Shown in pieces: positions 11,188-20,861 of a stretch of 64,000 nt of DNA. The position numbers were made by a program, and so were the translations under genes. Position 1 is the stretch's first letter; each line of letters opens with the position of its first letter. The notes under the pieces are model-generated. The model was given only the letters and a program-made list of their open reading frames with translations, made no database searches and had not been told where the DNA came from. The stretch is from assembly GCA_965222225.1 (NCBI GenBank), contig CBDCTK010000002.1:1120001-1184000 (forward strand), given 5' to 3'. The DNA is from Candidatus Poribacteria bacterium. Its GTDB lineage: Bacteria > Poribacteria > WGA-4E > JAJDTR01.

Positions 11188-11835
11188 ATGAAACAGGTCC
11201 TTGTCTACTCCGATTCGCTTACATGGGGCATCATTCCGAATACCAGAAAACGTCTGCAATTTGACGCACGTTGGCCCGGCGTCTTGGAAAATACGCTGAT
11301 TCGTGAAGGTATACCGACGCGCGTGATTGAGGACTGCCTCAACGGACGTAGGACGGTGTGGGGCGATCCGTTCAAAGCTGGGCGTAACGGAGTGGAAGGA
11401 TTAGCTCAACGAATCGAAGTCCATTCTCCCCTCGATCTAGTTATCTTGATGCTCGGCACGAACGACTTTCAATCCGTGCACTCGTACACTGCTTGGCATT
11501 CGGCGCAAGGAATTCGTGCATTGATCGCCGAGATTAGAGGCGCGCCTATAGAACCGGGAATGCCAATCCCTGAGATATTGGTCATCGCACCACCAGAACT
11601 CCGCACACCGAAAGGCCTCATGGCTCCAAAGTTCGCCGGCGCAGATGTCAAGTGCACTGGACTTGCTACCGAATTCCGCAAAACAACTGAAGAACTCGGC
11701 TGTCACTTCTTTGATGCCGGGTCGGCGACAACAACTAGCAAAATTGATGGAGTTCATCTAGACGAAGATCAGCATAGTGTCCTTGGCGTCGCAGTAGGAG
11801 AAATCGTTGCTGGACTTCTCGGAGATACGTGTTGA
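11188..11835 (+). CDS. SGNH/GDSL hydrolase (arylesterase-like)
   Basis: SDSLTWG, LNGRRT, MLGTND, DGVH. Confidence 0.92.
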   Translation: MKQVLVYSDSLTWGIIPNTRKRLQFDARWPGVLENTLIREGIPTRVIEDCLNGRRTVWGDPFKAGRNGVEGLAQRIEVHSPLDLVILMLGTNDFQSVHSYTAWHSAQGIRALIAEIRGAPIEPGMPIPEILVIAPPELRTPKGLMAPKFAGADVKCTGLATEFRKTTEELGCHFFDAGSATTTSKIDGVHLDEDQHSVLGVAVGEIVAGLLGDTC

Positions 11836-11880
11836 GCCGTACCTATACCTGTGAACGAAATAGAAACATTGGGAGGTTAT

Positions 11881-12921
11881 ATGCCGGAACGGAAAGGATA
11901 TCGTTTTTCATTTGGTCCTTGGAACATACACGAAGGCGAGGATCCATTTGGTCCCCCCGTCCGTAATTCGTATTCATTTGATGAGAAAATCAGCTTTTAC
12001 CGCGATCTCGGATTCATTGGTATTCAGTTTCATGACGATGACATTGTACCTGACATTGATGACAAGACGCATGAGCAAATCATACAGAAAACCAGAGACG
12101 TTAAACGACTCATTGAGAATCTGGGCTTAACACCCGAAATCGTGGCACCACGTTTGTGGTTTGCACCACAAACCATTGACGGTGGTTATACCTCCAATCT
12201 GTCATCTGATCGCGACTATGCCCTTGAACGGTCAAAACGCTGTGTGGACATCGCCAACGAAATTGGGTGTCGGAATATTGTTCTCTGGCTTGCCCGCGAG
12301 GGCACGTATCTCCGAGAAGCAAAAGATTCAGCGGGGGCAGTGGGCCGCATCGTTGATGCCATTAACACCATGCTTGACTACGACCCGCGCATCCGCGTGT
12401 TGGTTGAACCCAAACCGAATGAGCCAATGGATCAGGCTTATATTCCGACAATCGGACATGCACTAGGGCTTGCTTACATCAGCAATGACCCAGACCGAGT
12501 CGGCGGTCTAATTGAGAGCGCACACGCCATTCTTGCAGGACTGGATCCTTCGGATGAAATGGGATATGCGCTACATCACAAAAAGCTGTGGAGTGTCCAC
12601 CTAAACGATCAAAACGGGTTGAAATTCGATGAGGACAAGGCGTTCGGATCAGTGGATCTCCGACGTGCTTTTAATCAGGTTCGCATTTTGGAGGAACACG
12701 GTTACGGCAAGAATGGTGAATTTGTGGGTTTGGACGTGAAAGTCATGCGAACACAACCGCGCGCGATCTCGACCAAACACCTCCTCAACAGCCGCAAGAC
12801 CTTCTTCCGCTTGCTGGAGAAAGTGCGCACGCTTGACCGCGCAGTCGAACGAGAGTTGATCGACGCACGCGATTACGAGGAATTGGATCTCTACATTCTT
12901 AACCACCTTCTCGGGCAGTAG
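11881..12921 (+). CDS. xylA: Xylose isomerase-like TIM-barrel sugar isomerase
   Basis: FSFGPW, DPFG, FHDDD, WLAREG, EPKPNEP, HLNDQNGLKFDED; GGAGG RBS before ATG 11881. Substrate not certain. Confidence 0.8.
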   Translation: MPERKGYRFSFGPWNIHEGEDPFGPPVRNSYSFDEKISFYRDLGFIGIQFHDDDIVPDIDDKTHEQIIQKTRDVKRLIENLGLTPEIVAPRLWFAPQTIDGGYTSNLSSDRDYALERSKRCVDIANEIGCRNIVLWLAREGTYLREAKDSAGAVGRIVDAINTMLDYDPRIRVLVEPKPNEPMDQAYIPTIGHALGLAYISNDPDRVGGLIESAHAILAGLDPSDEMGYALHHKKLWSVHLNDQNGLKFDEDKAFGSVDLRRAFNQVRILEEHGYGKNGEFVGLDVKVMRTQPRAISTKHLLNSRKTFFRLLEKVRTLDRAVERELIDARDYEELDLYILNHLLGQ

Positions 12922-13396
12922 GGCGGGCTACCAACCGGTCCAGATTCGCGTCAAGGATTATTTGGCTAAGGAATGCTTACCGTACTCCATATATGCCATG
13001 TTAGCAGCTGTGAAATTAGGGCGCTACGAGAATAACAGGCAGCGAGTCTTACCTCAGATACGCGGCCCCCAATTCTCTTTCTACCGCCAAAAAGAAATGA
13101 GACAGTAACGGCACGCGAGTTAATATCCGGAAAATAATCGCACCGATGACATTCCACTTCTAGCAAGCTATTCATCGACAGTGCTAACATTCTACTCCGC
13201 CTACACCCCATCAATGTCCTAAACTGCTGGTCTCTTTTCGTAGGAAGCCGCGCGGCATCAGAGTTTGCTGCACAGATTTTTCTGATTCAAATCGCAACCA
13301 ACCAAGATTTCTTGGTTCTAGCACTACACGAAGTAATATAATACTTCACTCATCACTTTACACAGTGATGCATTACAATTAGCAAGGAGAATTCCG

Positions 13397-15031
13397 ATGA
13401 TTGTTTCCGATGCTATCGGCGAGATTCTGAAGGCTGAAGGCACAGAGTATTTATTCACTTACCCAGTTAATCCTATCACCGAAGGTGCAGCCAAAGCGGG
13501 AATCCGCCCCATTGTAGTCCGCCAAGAAAGAATCGGGCTGCACATGGCGGATGCACTTAGTCGGATGAACTCGGGCGAGAAGATTGGCGTGTTTTGTATG
13601 CAACATGGGCCCGGAGCGGAAAACGCATTCGGAGGCGTCGCCCAAGCCTATGGAGACTCCGCACCAATCGTGGTATTGCCGGCAGGTTATAGTCGAGACA
13701 AAACAAACGTCGATCCCAACTTCAGTTCGCTGATAAATTACCGTAATGTCACTAAATCTTGCGAGCAAGTTACGATGCCGGCCTCCGTTCCGGCGGCGCT
13801 TAGACGCGCGTTCATGCAGGCGAAAAACGGGCGTCCGCGTCCGACGCTAGTAGAGATACCCCAGGATATATTCAGTGCGGAATTGCCTGGGGAGTTGAAT
13901 TACCGACCCGTTCCAAAACTGCGTCGCGCACCTGATCCGAACGAAATACCAAGGATTGCCAAAATTCTGATTGAGGCCAAGCGACCAGTTATTTATGCAG
14001 GACAGGGTGTCCACTACGCTAAGGGGTGGGAAGAGTTGAAGGAGTTGGCAGAATTGTTGGAAGCTCCAGTTACCACAAGCCTACAAGGCAAGAGCGCGTT
14101 TCCGGAGAACCACCCTTTGTCCCTCGGCTCTGGTGGGCTTGCCATTCCAAAGATGGTGCACGATTTCTTGCAAACTTCAGACGTTATTTTCGGCATTGGG
14201 TGCAGCTTCAGCAGCACCGGCTTCGGGGTAGCCATGCCGAAGGGCAAAACCATTATTCACGCCACGCTCGATGAAGCAGACATCAACAAAGACCTAGAGG
14301 CAGACTATGCCTTGGTTGGCGATGCGCGCCTGACGTTGCAAGCACTTATTGATGAAATCCACGATCGGTTGGGTGGTAAACTTCGAGGCCATGGTAATGG
14401 GGTGGCTCAAGAAATCAGTCAGATTAAGGCAGGATGGCTGGGTGAGTGGAACCCAAAATTGACATCGGATGAAGTTCCTCTTTGTCCCTACCGCGTGATC
14501 TGGGATCTGTTGCATACCGTGGACGTGGCGAATACGATCATTACTCACGATGCCGGTAGTCCACGCGACCAACTCTCACCTTTCTGGCAACCCACGACTC
14601 CGCTTTCGTATATCGGCTGGGGAAAAACCACGCAATTGGGTTATGGGCTTGGCTTAGCAATGGGGGCAAAGTTGGCGCGACCGGACAAACTATGTATCAA
14701 CGTCTGGGGCGACGCAGCTATCGGCTTCACGGGCATGGATTTTGAGACAGCCGCTAGAGCCGAGATTCCTATCCTTTCCATACTGTTCAACAATTTCTGT
14801 ATGGCTATTGAGTTAAGAATTATGGCGCTTTCGACCGAGAAATTTCGTAGCACGGACATATCCGGCAACTACGCTGACATGGCAAAGGCTTTCGGCGGGT
14901 ACGGGGAACGGGTCGAAACTCCAAACGAAATAATCCCCGCCATCAAGCGGGGTATTGAGCAGACAAAGGAAGGTCGCCCCGCCTTATTGGAATTCATTAC
15001 ATGTAAAGAAACCGAGATTTCACGGTTCTAG
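13397..15031 (+). CDS. ThDP-requiring acetolactate synthase-like protein
   Basis: RQERIGLHMADA, QHGPG, WGDAAIG...FNN; RBS AAGGAG. Confidence 0.88.
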   Translation: MIVSDAIGEILKAEGTEYLFTYPVNPITEGAAKAGIRPIVVRQERIGLHMADALSRMNSGEKIGVFCMQHGPGAENAFGGVAQAYGDSAPIVVLPAGYSRDKTNVDPNFSSLINYRNVTKSCEQVTMPASVPAALRRAFMQAKNGRPRPTLVEIPQDIFSAELPGELNYRPVPKLRRAPDPNEIPRIAKILIEAKRPVIYAGQGVHYAKGWEELKELAELLEAPVTTSLQGKSAFPENHPLSLGSGGLAIPKMVHDFLQTSDVIFGIGCSFSSTGFGVAMPKGKTIIHATLDEADINKDLEADYALVGDARLTLQALIDEIHDRLGGKLRGHGNGVAQEISQIKAGWLGEWNPKLTSDEVPLCPYRVIWDLLHTVDVANTIITHDAGSPRDQLSPFWQPTTPLSYIGWGKTTQLGYGLGLAMGAKLARPDKLCINVWGDAAIGFTGMDFETAARAEIPILSILFNNFCMAIELRIMALSTEKFRSTDISGNYADMAKAFGGYGERVETPNEIIPAIKRGIEQTKEGRPALLEFITCKETEISRF

Positions 15032-15266
15032 ATACAGACGTTGATAGGGTGGATTTTTCGGTCTTTCGTAGCCACCCAAGGACGTGGTATGGCTAGGAGA
15101 AACTGATTTTAGCAAAGAACTAATGAGCGTGGAACAATTACTTTTCTCAAACCCAGTGACATCTGACGGCAGACATTGTGCATCAGAGACTTTGATTTAT
15201 GGTCTAACATCTTGGGCAATCTGGGTAGTCGCCTATTCTATTCCTTGGAGGTTCTGATTAGGTACT

Positions 15267-16277
15267 ATGGCTGATTTGGATCGAGACGAGGTTTGGAACA
15301 ATCGTGCTGCTCAAATACGACATTTCTGCGTCGAACGCGGCATTACGAAGCTCCTTCATTTTACACGAATTGAGAACCTACGTAGCATTCTGCGAGAAGG
15401 CTTATTGAGTCGTGAGACACTGGATTCACGCGGGCAACAATACTGTTTCAACGACCAGGACCGCGTTGACGGTTATAAAAATGCGGTTTGCCTTAGCATA
15501 AGTTTTCCAAACTACAGAATGTTCTACTCAATTAGGGAAGAGAAGAAAGGTGAGGAGGTTAATGATGCCTATTGGACTGTTCTGCTCCTTGACGCTGAAG
15601 TCTTATGGGAATTGGATTGTGCTTTTTGTCACACAAACGCCGCTGCTAGTGCCATGACATCCATTTCATTGGATGAGCACAAGGAATTCAATGCTCTAGA
15701 GGCAATGTTCTTGAATGCTCCCGAGAAGCGCCGGGCACTTGATAATAATGAGCCGACAGACCCACAAGCGGAAATACTAGTGTTTAGCCCAATTCCGCAA
15801 AATCATATCAGAGAAGTCCATTTTTGGGATGGAAGCATCTTGAGACAGTGGTTGTCTGACCATCACCCATCTTTTGATGAACGGCTTGACGAAAATCAGA
15901 AATTTTTTCGACCGAGGCACGACTGGGAGATATGGAAGAGCGATGATTTGAAGAACGATGATACATCTGAGGTGCAAGAGCATCGGAACTTTTTTGAGAA
16001 TCCTGAACCACGGATAAACGACGATACATATGATTCCCAATTGAAAACTCTACCACTTTTTGTGCCATATTTAATGAGATTTCCATACGTCAAAGCCATT
16101 GACCTAGAGGTCCATTGGTACTCTGGACAGCCACAAAAGTCCATCAACTCTTTTCACCAAGCTGCCAAGAAGAATGGTGTCTCTCCCGTACTTGAGATTT
16201 CAAGAGAATCAACGTCGCCACTTGGGGTTTCATTGTGTGCGTTCAATCTGAAATTTCGAGCACCAAGTGGTCAATAG
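15267..16277 (+). CDS. darT: DarT1-type DNA ADP-ribosyltransferase toxin (DUF4433) fused to the N-terminal part of a NADAR domain
   Basis: HFTRIENLRSILREGLLSR, ND..R.DG, CLSISFPN, CAFCHTNAA, PTDPQAE (catalytic Glu); the last ~75 aa (PLFVP...LEIS...LGVSLCAFNL) align with the NADAR at 16807. Confidence 0.88.
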   Translation: MADLDRDEVWNNRAAQIRHFCVERGITKLLHFTRIENLRSILREGLLSRETLDSRGQQYCFNDQDRVDGYKNAVCLSISFPNYRMFYSIREEKKGEEVNDAYWTVLLLDAEVLWELDCAFCHTNAAASAMTSISLDEHKEFNALEAMFLNAPEKRRALDNNEPTDPQAEILVFSPIPQNHIREVHFWDGSILRQWLSDHHPSFDERLDENQKFFRPRHDWEIWKSDDLKNDDTSEVQEHRNFFENPEPRINDDTYDSQLKTLPLFVPYLMRFPYVKAIDLEVHWYSGQPQKSINSFHQAAKKNGVSPVLEISRESTSPLGVSLCAFNLKFRAPSGQ

Positions 16278-16643
16278 GTAACCGTCGAATGCGCTTTTGA
16301 AGGAAGTAAAGTGTTTGAAAATGGCGGACCGTATCATGAATTGTACTCAGTTCCTCCTAGCGAGGCGAACAACGACAGTCGTTTACGGTATTCAGGAAGG
16401 GTGATTGCCTTTAACTTTTTCGGTAAAGAGTACCCGATTGAATCCAAAGATGAGTTCTACAACCGACTGTACATAACAGCACTGAAACAGGAAGGACGGC
16501 ATTTCGCTCGAAGACTTCAAAAGTTCGAGGGTTTTTCAGACATAGGTTTTAATCCACAGCGCGCTAACAATTGTCCTGCCCGCGCCACTGCACTATTTGT
16601 AGCATTGTGCCGAATCCAATGGTCTGATGAGTTCAAACTCTAA
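16278..16643 (+). pseudogene. In-frame continuation (C-terminal part) of the DarT-fused NADAR domain after the TAG at 16275-16277
   Basis: Same frame as darT; VTVECAFEGSKVFENGGPY...FSDIGFNP...NCPARA is colinear with the intact paralog. Confidence 0.82.
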
Positions 16644-16806
16644 AACCGATTATATCACGTAAGCAGTCCGCAAGGAGTTTTTCTATTTTCCACGTTCCAG
16701 GAAGAGTTGCTGTGTGGGCAGGTTACACTATGCTTTATCTCGTGTTTCGAAGGATTTTGCAGAACCCTGACTAGATTTTATAACTACTTGAAGGACGTTG
16801 AAAACA

Positions 16807-17481
16807 ATGGCGAAACGACCTGTTTTTGCACCGAATCCGAGCGAATTTCCTTATGTCGAAGTCATTGATGTAGAATTTCAATGGTATCCCGGATTTGCGA
16901 AATCACAGCTACAGAAATCTATAGATTCATTACACCTAGCCGCTAAAAGCCGGGGCATTAACCCCATTTTGGAGATATCGGGAAAATCGGCATTTGCACT
17001 TGGGGTTTCACTGAGTGCGTTCAATCTGAAACTTCAAGCACTAAGCGGCCAGACGATGAGTGTTGAATGCGCATACCAAGGGAGCAAGGTATTCGAAAAA
17101 GGCGGGCCATATCACGACCTGTACACGGTGTCAAGTAGAGAGGCGAAAACCGACGAACGTATTCAGAATTCGGGGGAGTTAATTAGTTTTATCTTTTGCG
17201 GTAAAGAATTTCCAACTGAGCCCAAAACGGCTTTCTACGATTCTTTATATATAACAGCACTATGGCAAAATAAGCAGAATCTAGCGCCTGAACTCGTAAA
17301 GTTTCAAGGTTTTTCAGATATAGTTTTTAATCCGCAACGTTCTTTCAATTGTCAAGCGCGCGCCGCTGCAATATTTGTGTCGCTGTCTCAAAATCAGTTG
17401 CTCAATGAAGTAGCAATGCAAGATCTGGATGGCTGTATGCGACTCCTGACAGATCAAAAACCACTCCTCCAATTTTCGTAA
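16807..17481 (+). CDS. darG: DarT1-associated NADAR antitoxin (DarG1/DUF6977-like)
   Basis: MAKRPVF, QKSI..LH, LEISGKS, LSAFNL, VECAYQGSKVF, TAFYD.LY, FSDIVFNP, NCQARAAA; directly downstream of darT. Confidence 0.88.
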   Translation: MAKRPVFAPNPSEFPYVEVIDVEFQWYPGFAKSQLQKSIDSLHLAAKSRGINPILEISGKSAFALGVSLSAFNLKLQALSGQTMSVECAYQGSKVFEKGGPYHDLYTVSSREAKTDERIQNSGELISFIFCGKEFPTEPKTAFYDSLYITALWQNKQNLAPELVKFQGFSDIVFNPQRSFNCQARAAAIFVSLSQNQLLNEVAMQDLDGCMRLLTDQKPLLQFS

Positions 17482-17650
17482 ACTGACGCTTTAAACGCGA
17501 GTTAGCAAACCTCGCCCAATTGTTTTCTGAGCATATGGGGCTTGAACGGCGAATGCCTGAAAAGGTAGTGACCAATACGGGTGGGAACAAACGGTTTTTC
17601 GATTTGGCAACTGATATTCCTAGTTACTTTAGTCCAAATTGCCACCTAAT

Positions 17651-18514
17651 TCAACTGGCTTTCTTCGCAAAGACAGGATTTTCTAGCAAACTCTGGACTT
17701 CATAGATGGAGCCCTTGCGTGCTGCGTGCGGAAGCGGCATTCGAACTGGAATTGATTCGATACGCGGTTGGTTCGTCGGCTCGCCGCGTAGAACAAACGA
17801 GTTAAACGTTTCCAAGTCAGGAATCCCTGATAAAGGCCACGCATCAATAGCACAATACTGGCTAAGCAGCAGACGACGTGGGTTGCTAGACGTGTTTGGC
17901 GCCGAACCGTGCACCGTGCGCACATGATGAATTGAAATCCCACCGGCTTTAACTTCAACAGGTACCGCGCCATCCGAACTGAAGTTGGAATCGGTAACGG
18001 CACCGACAAATTCTCCATTCTGATGGTGATTGTAGGTAGGCCCCTTATGTGATCCCGGAATGACCATCAGGGCACCATTTTCAACCGTCATGTCATCGAA
18101 CGACACACCAACAGCCAACAGATCGTCGTTAGTGTGCGGATAGAACGCCCAATCCTGATGCCATTCTACCGGACTTCCGTACTCCGCATACTTCATATTG
18201 AGTTTCTGACCGTTGAAACGAAGACCGTTACCGATTAACTGCGAGACAATGTCAAGAATTTTTTCATGTCGCAGTGCCCTGTCGTAGACGATGTGTTCCA
18301 TATGGGGGTTTTTGAGACGCCGCACGCGAGGATCTACTGGTGAATGACTAGGCTCAAGGTCAAAGACGCTCGTGTGTTCGGTTAACGCTCGAGACTTCTC
18401 AACAAACTCATCGGTTACCCCTCGCAGGTCCGCGACCTCGTCGGCAGTCAGTACGTCTTCAACGCCGATATAGCCATTCCTATGGTAGAAATCAATCTGT
18501 TCTTGCGTTAACAT
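17651..18514 (-). CDS. Phytanoyl-CoA dioxygenase (PhyH) family Fe(II)/2OG oxygenase
   Basis: MLTQEQIDFYHRNGY, WHQD, ENGAL.VIPGSH, HGSAPN...RR. Confidence 0.93.
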   Translation of the reverse strand: MLTQEQIDFYHRNGYIGVEDVLTADEVADLRGVTDEFVEKSRALTEHTSVFDLEPSHSPVDPRVRRLKNPHMEHIVYDRALRHEKILDIVSQLIGNGLRFNGQKLNMKYAEYGSPVEWHQDWAFYPHTNDDLLAVGVSFDDMTVENGALMVIPGSHKGPTYNHHQNGEFVGAVTDSNFSSDGAVPVEVKAGGISIHHVRTVHGSAPNTSSNPRRLLLSQYCAIDAWPLSGIPDLETFNSFVLRGEPTNQPRIESIPVRMPLPHAARKGSIYEVQSLLENPVFAKKAS

Positions 18515-18734
18515 AAGTGACTCCTTTTGAGCCTTTGAATCCCCAAACTTGCGTAACGAAATGTACCTTTATCTATCACTACGGTGCGCAACACTGTTGG
18601 ACATTTTAAATCTCACGCCGACGGCGAGTTCCCCTCCTGGGACCATCCAAGAAGTGTAGCAATCTTCACCATGCGAGCTGTAACCCACTTTCAGTTGCAG
18701 AAGCCAGAGCCCCACGTCCTAACATCAAGTATTA

Positions 18735-18809
18735 TTTATAACCGAAGAGTCTTCGATTGTCAAGTTTAATCCGTTCACGTTGAACTGCCGGGCACTGAAG
18801 GTGTATACT
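18735..18809. promoter_or_regulatory. Back-to-back sigma70-type promoters for the PhyH gene (-) and rqcH (+)
   Basis: Minus: TTGACA(18758-63)-17-TATAAA; plus: TTGAAC(18780)-18-TATACT(18804). Confidence 0.5.
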
Positions 18810-18872
18810 ATAATGTGTGGAACTCCGACATTTCAGCGCGAACATTCAACTCCCCTCAGACGAGGTTTTCCA

Positions 18873-20600
18873 TTGTCATTTGATAGCTTGTCTCTGCGAC
18901 ATGTGGTTCACGACTTACGCGACACGCTTTTGCACGGTAGCATTCGTCATGTTGCGCAGCTAGATGCAACTTCCATCGCGGTCAAGATTACTAAAGCCGG
19001 TAAGACCCAATTTCTAATGATGTCAGCCCATGCGCGCCATGCTCGGACACATCTGATTGAACGCCCATCTGCAGAAATGAGGCAGTCATATTTTGCAGAT
19101 TTCCTCATGACCCACATTGGTCGCGGCACAATCTCGGGAATTGAGCAACTCGGTTGGGACCGCGTGCTGAAAATCACCATAAAACCACAAACGGACATGC
19201 CAATTGAATCCCAATCACGAATACTCATTGGGGAGTTCATGGGCAAGCACAGCAATATCATTCTTGTCGATGAGTCAACAGGGAAGATTCTTCAAAGTAT
19301 TAAACATATTGATGAAACTCTGAGCCGTCATCGTGAAATCCTGCCGGGCGTTATCTACACACCACCTCCAAAGCCTGCAAAACTAGACCCGTTAAAGCTG
19401 GATTACGAGACGTTTGTTACCCTCGTCGAAAACAACTCGGAGGTAGACTGGCTATGTCTATTTAATCAGGTTGACGGTCTTAGTCCAACACTTGCCAAAG
19501 AGCTCCTCTTCCGCGCAGATAAACCAAATTGTGCCGAAAAGTTATGGACAGCTTATAAAGAGATTAGAGCGTATTTCAATCCACCTCACGGCAATCCGCT
19601 AGTGCTTGTCAGCCCGAAAGATCGCAGTGACGCCATTGCCGTTTCTCCATTACCTCTCCACCAATTCCACGGAATGGACAGCCTGACATTCAACACAATG
19701 AGCGAAGCACTGGAATCCTTTTGCGAAATGGTCGTTATTAGAGAAACGATTCAATCGGAACAGCGCACACTCAGCCAAGTGTTAGAAAAACTGCTGGACG
19801 CTCGTGACCGGAAAATCGTGCGCCTGAAACAGGATCTAGCCAATGCCGAGCAAGCTGAAGATTACCGGATAAAGGGGGAGCTGTTAACAGGAAACCTACA
19901 CCGAATCCAGCGAGGCACCGTGTCCGTTGAGGCACAGAACTACTACACGCAAGAACTGAAGCAAATTGAAATTGAACTCGACCCTCAACGCAGTCCATCC
20001 GAGAATGCCCAAGGGTATTTCAAGAGATATACAAAAGCGAAACGCGGACGATCCGTCATCAGTCAGCTACTCGCTGAGAGTCATGCTGAACAGAAGGTAT
20101 TGCAAAGTTATGTGTCAGAGGTACGGCAGGCAGAAACAGTAGATAAATTTGACGCCATTCGCGAACAATTCGTCAAAAAGGGCTGGATTAAAGAGAGGAA
20201 GAATGGGCGGCCGAAACAGCGAACTGCAAGCAGTACGTTTCAAAAATTCACCTCGCCCGACGGTTTCCAAATTTATGTTGGCAGGAACAGCAAGGAGAAC
20301 GATCTCTTACTTCGTCGTATCGCCTCGGGGCGCGACATGTGGCTCCACACCAAGCAGATACACGGCTCACATGTTCTTATCCGAAACCCCGAGAATAAAC
20401 CGGGAATCCCAATGCCAACGCTTTTACAAGCCGCACAGATAGCCGCTCTCTTCAGCAAAGGAAAACATGCTAGTCACGTGCCCGTAGATTATACATGGGC
20501 GCGATATGTGGTCAAACCGAAAGGTTCCGCTCCTGGGTATGTACATTATTCTCGCGAAAAGACACTGTATGTCGAGCCGGGACTTCCTGACACGCGTTAA
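18873..20600 (+). CDS. rqcH: RqcH/NFACT (FbpA) ribosome quality control protein
   Basis: WDR, EFMGKHSNIIL, ENAQGYFKRYTKAKR, VGRNSKEND, WLHTKQIHGSHV, VPVDYT; TTG start with GAGG RBS. Confidence 0.92.
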   Translation: MSFDSLSLRHVVHDLRDTLLHGSIRHVAQLDATSIAVKITKAGKTQFLMMSAHARHARTHLIERPSAEMRQSYFADFLMTHIGRGTISGIEQLGWDRVLKITIKPQTDMPIESQSRILIGEFMGKHSNIILVDESTGKILQSIKHIDETLSRHREILPGVIYTPPPKPAKLDPLKLDYETFVTLVENNSEVDWLCLFNQVDGLSPTLAKELLFRADKPNCAEKLWTAYKEIRAYFNPPHGNPLVLVSPKDRSDAIAVSPLPLHQFHGMDSLTFNTMSEALESFCEMVVIRETIQSEQRTLSQVLEKLLDARDRKIVRLKQDLANAEQAEDYRIKGELLTGNLHRIQRGTVSVEAQNYYTQELKQIEIELDPQRSPSENAQGYFKRYTKAKRGRSVISQLLAESHAEQKVLQSYVSEVRQAETVDKFDAIREQFVKKGWIKERKNGRPKQRTASSTFQKFTSPDGFQIYVGRNSKENDLLLRRIASGRDMWLHTKQIHGSHVLIRNPENKPGIPMPTLLQAAQIAALFSKGKHASHVPVDYTWARYVVKPKGSAPGYVHYSREKTLYVEPGLPDTR

Positions 20601-20861
20601 GTTGGGGGCTAAGATGCGCTATGTCAACATGCCCAAGTTTTGGTACGTTGAGATGTGTCGGTTCTGAAAGCATGGCGAACAAAAGTCAAATCATCCGTGC
20701 AAAGCTGTCAGACATCCTCGCATCTTCCGTGGACGTTTGAACAACACAAGCCGAACCGAGATTACTAAGTCAAAAAGCTACTCTTACTCTTCGAGTTTCT
20801 TGAAATAGGCCAATGTCAATCTCATGTTGGACTACCTAGAACCCAAATCACAGGTTGAGAT

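Noticed and set aside
18515-18730. Long leader of the PhyH gene as a riboswitch
   Set aside because: No known riboswitch consensus could be recognised by eye.
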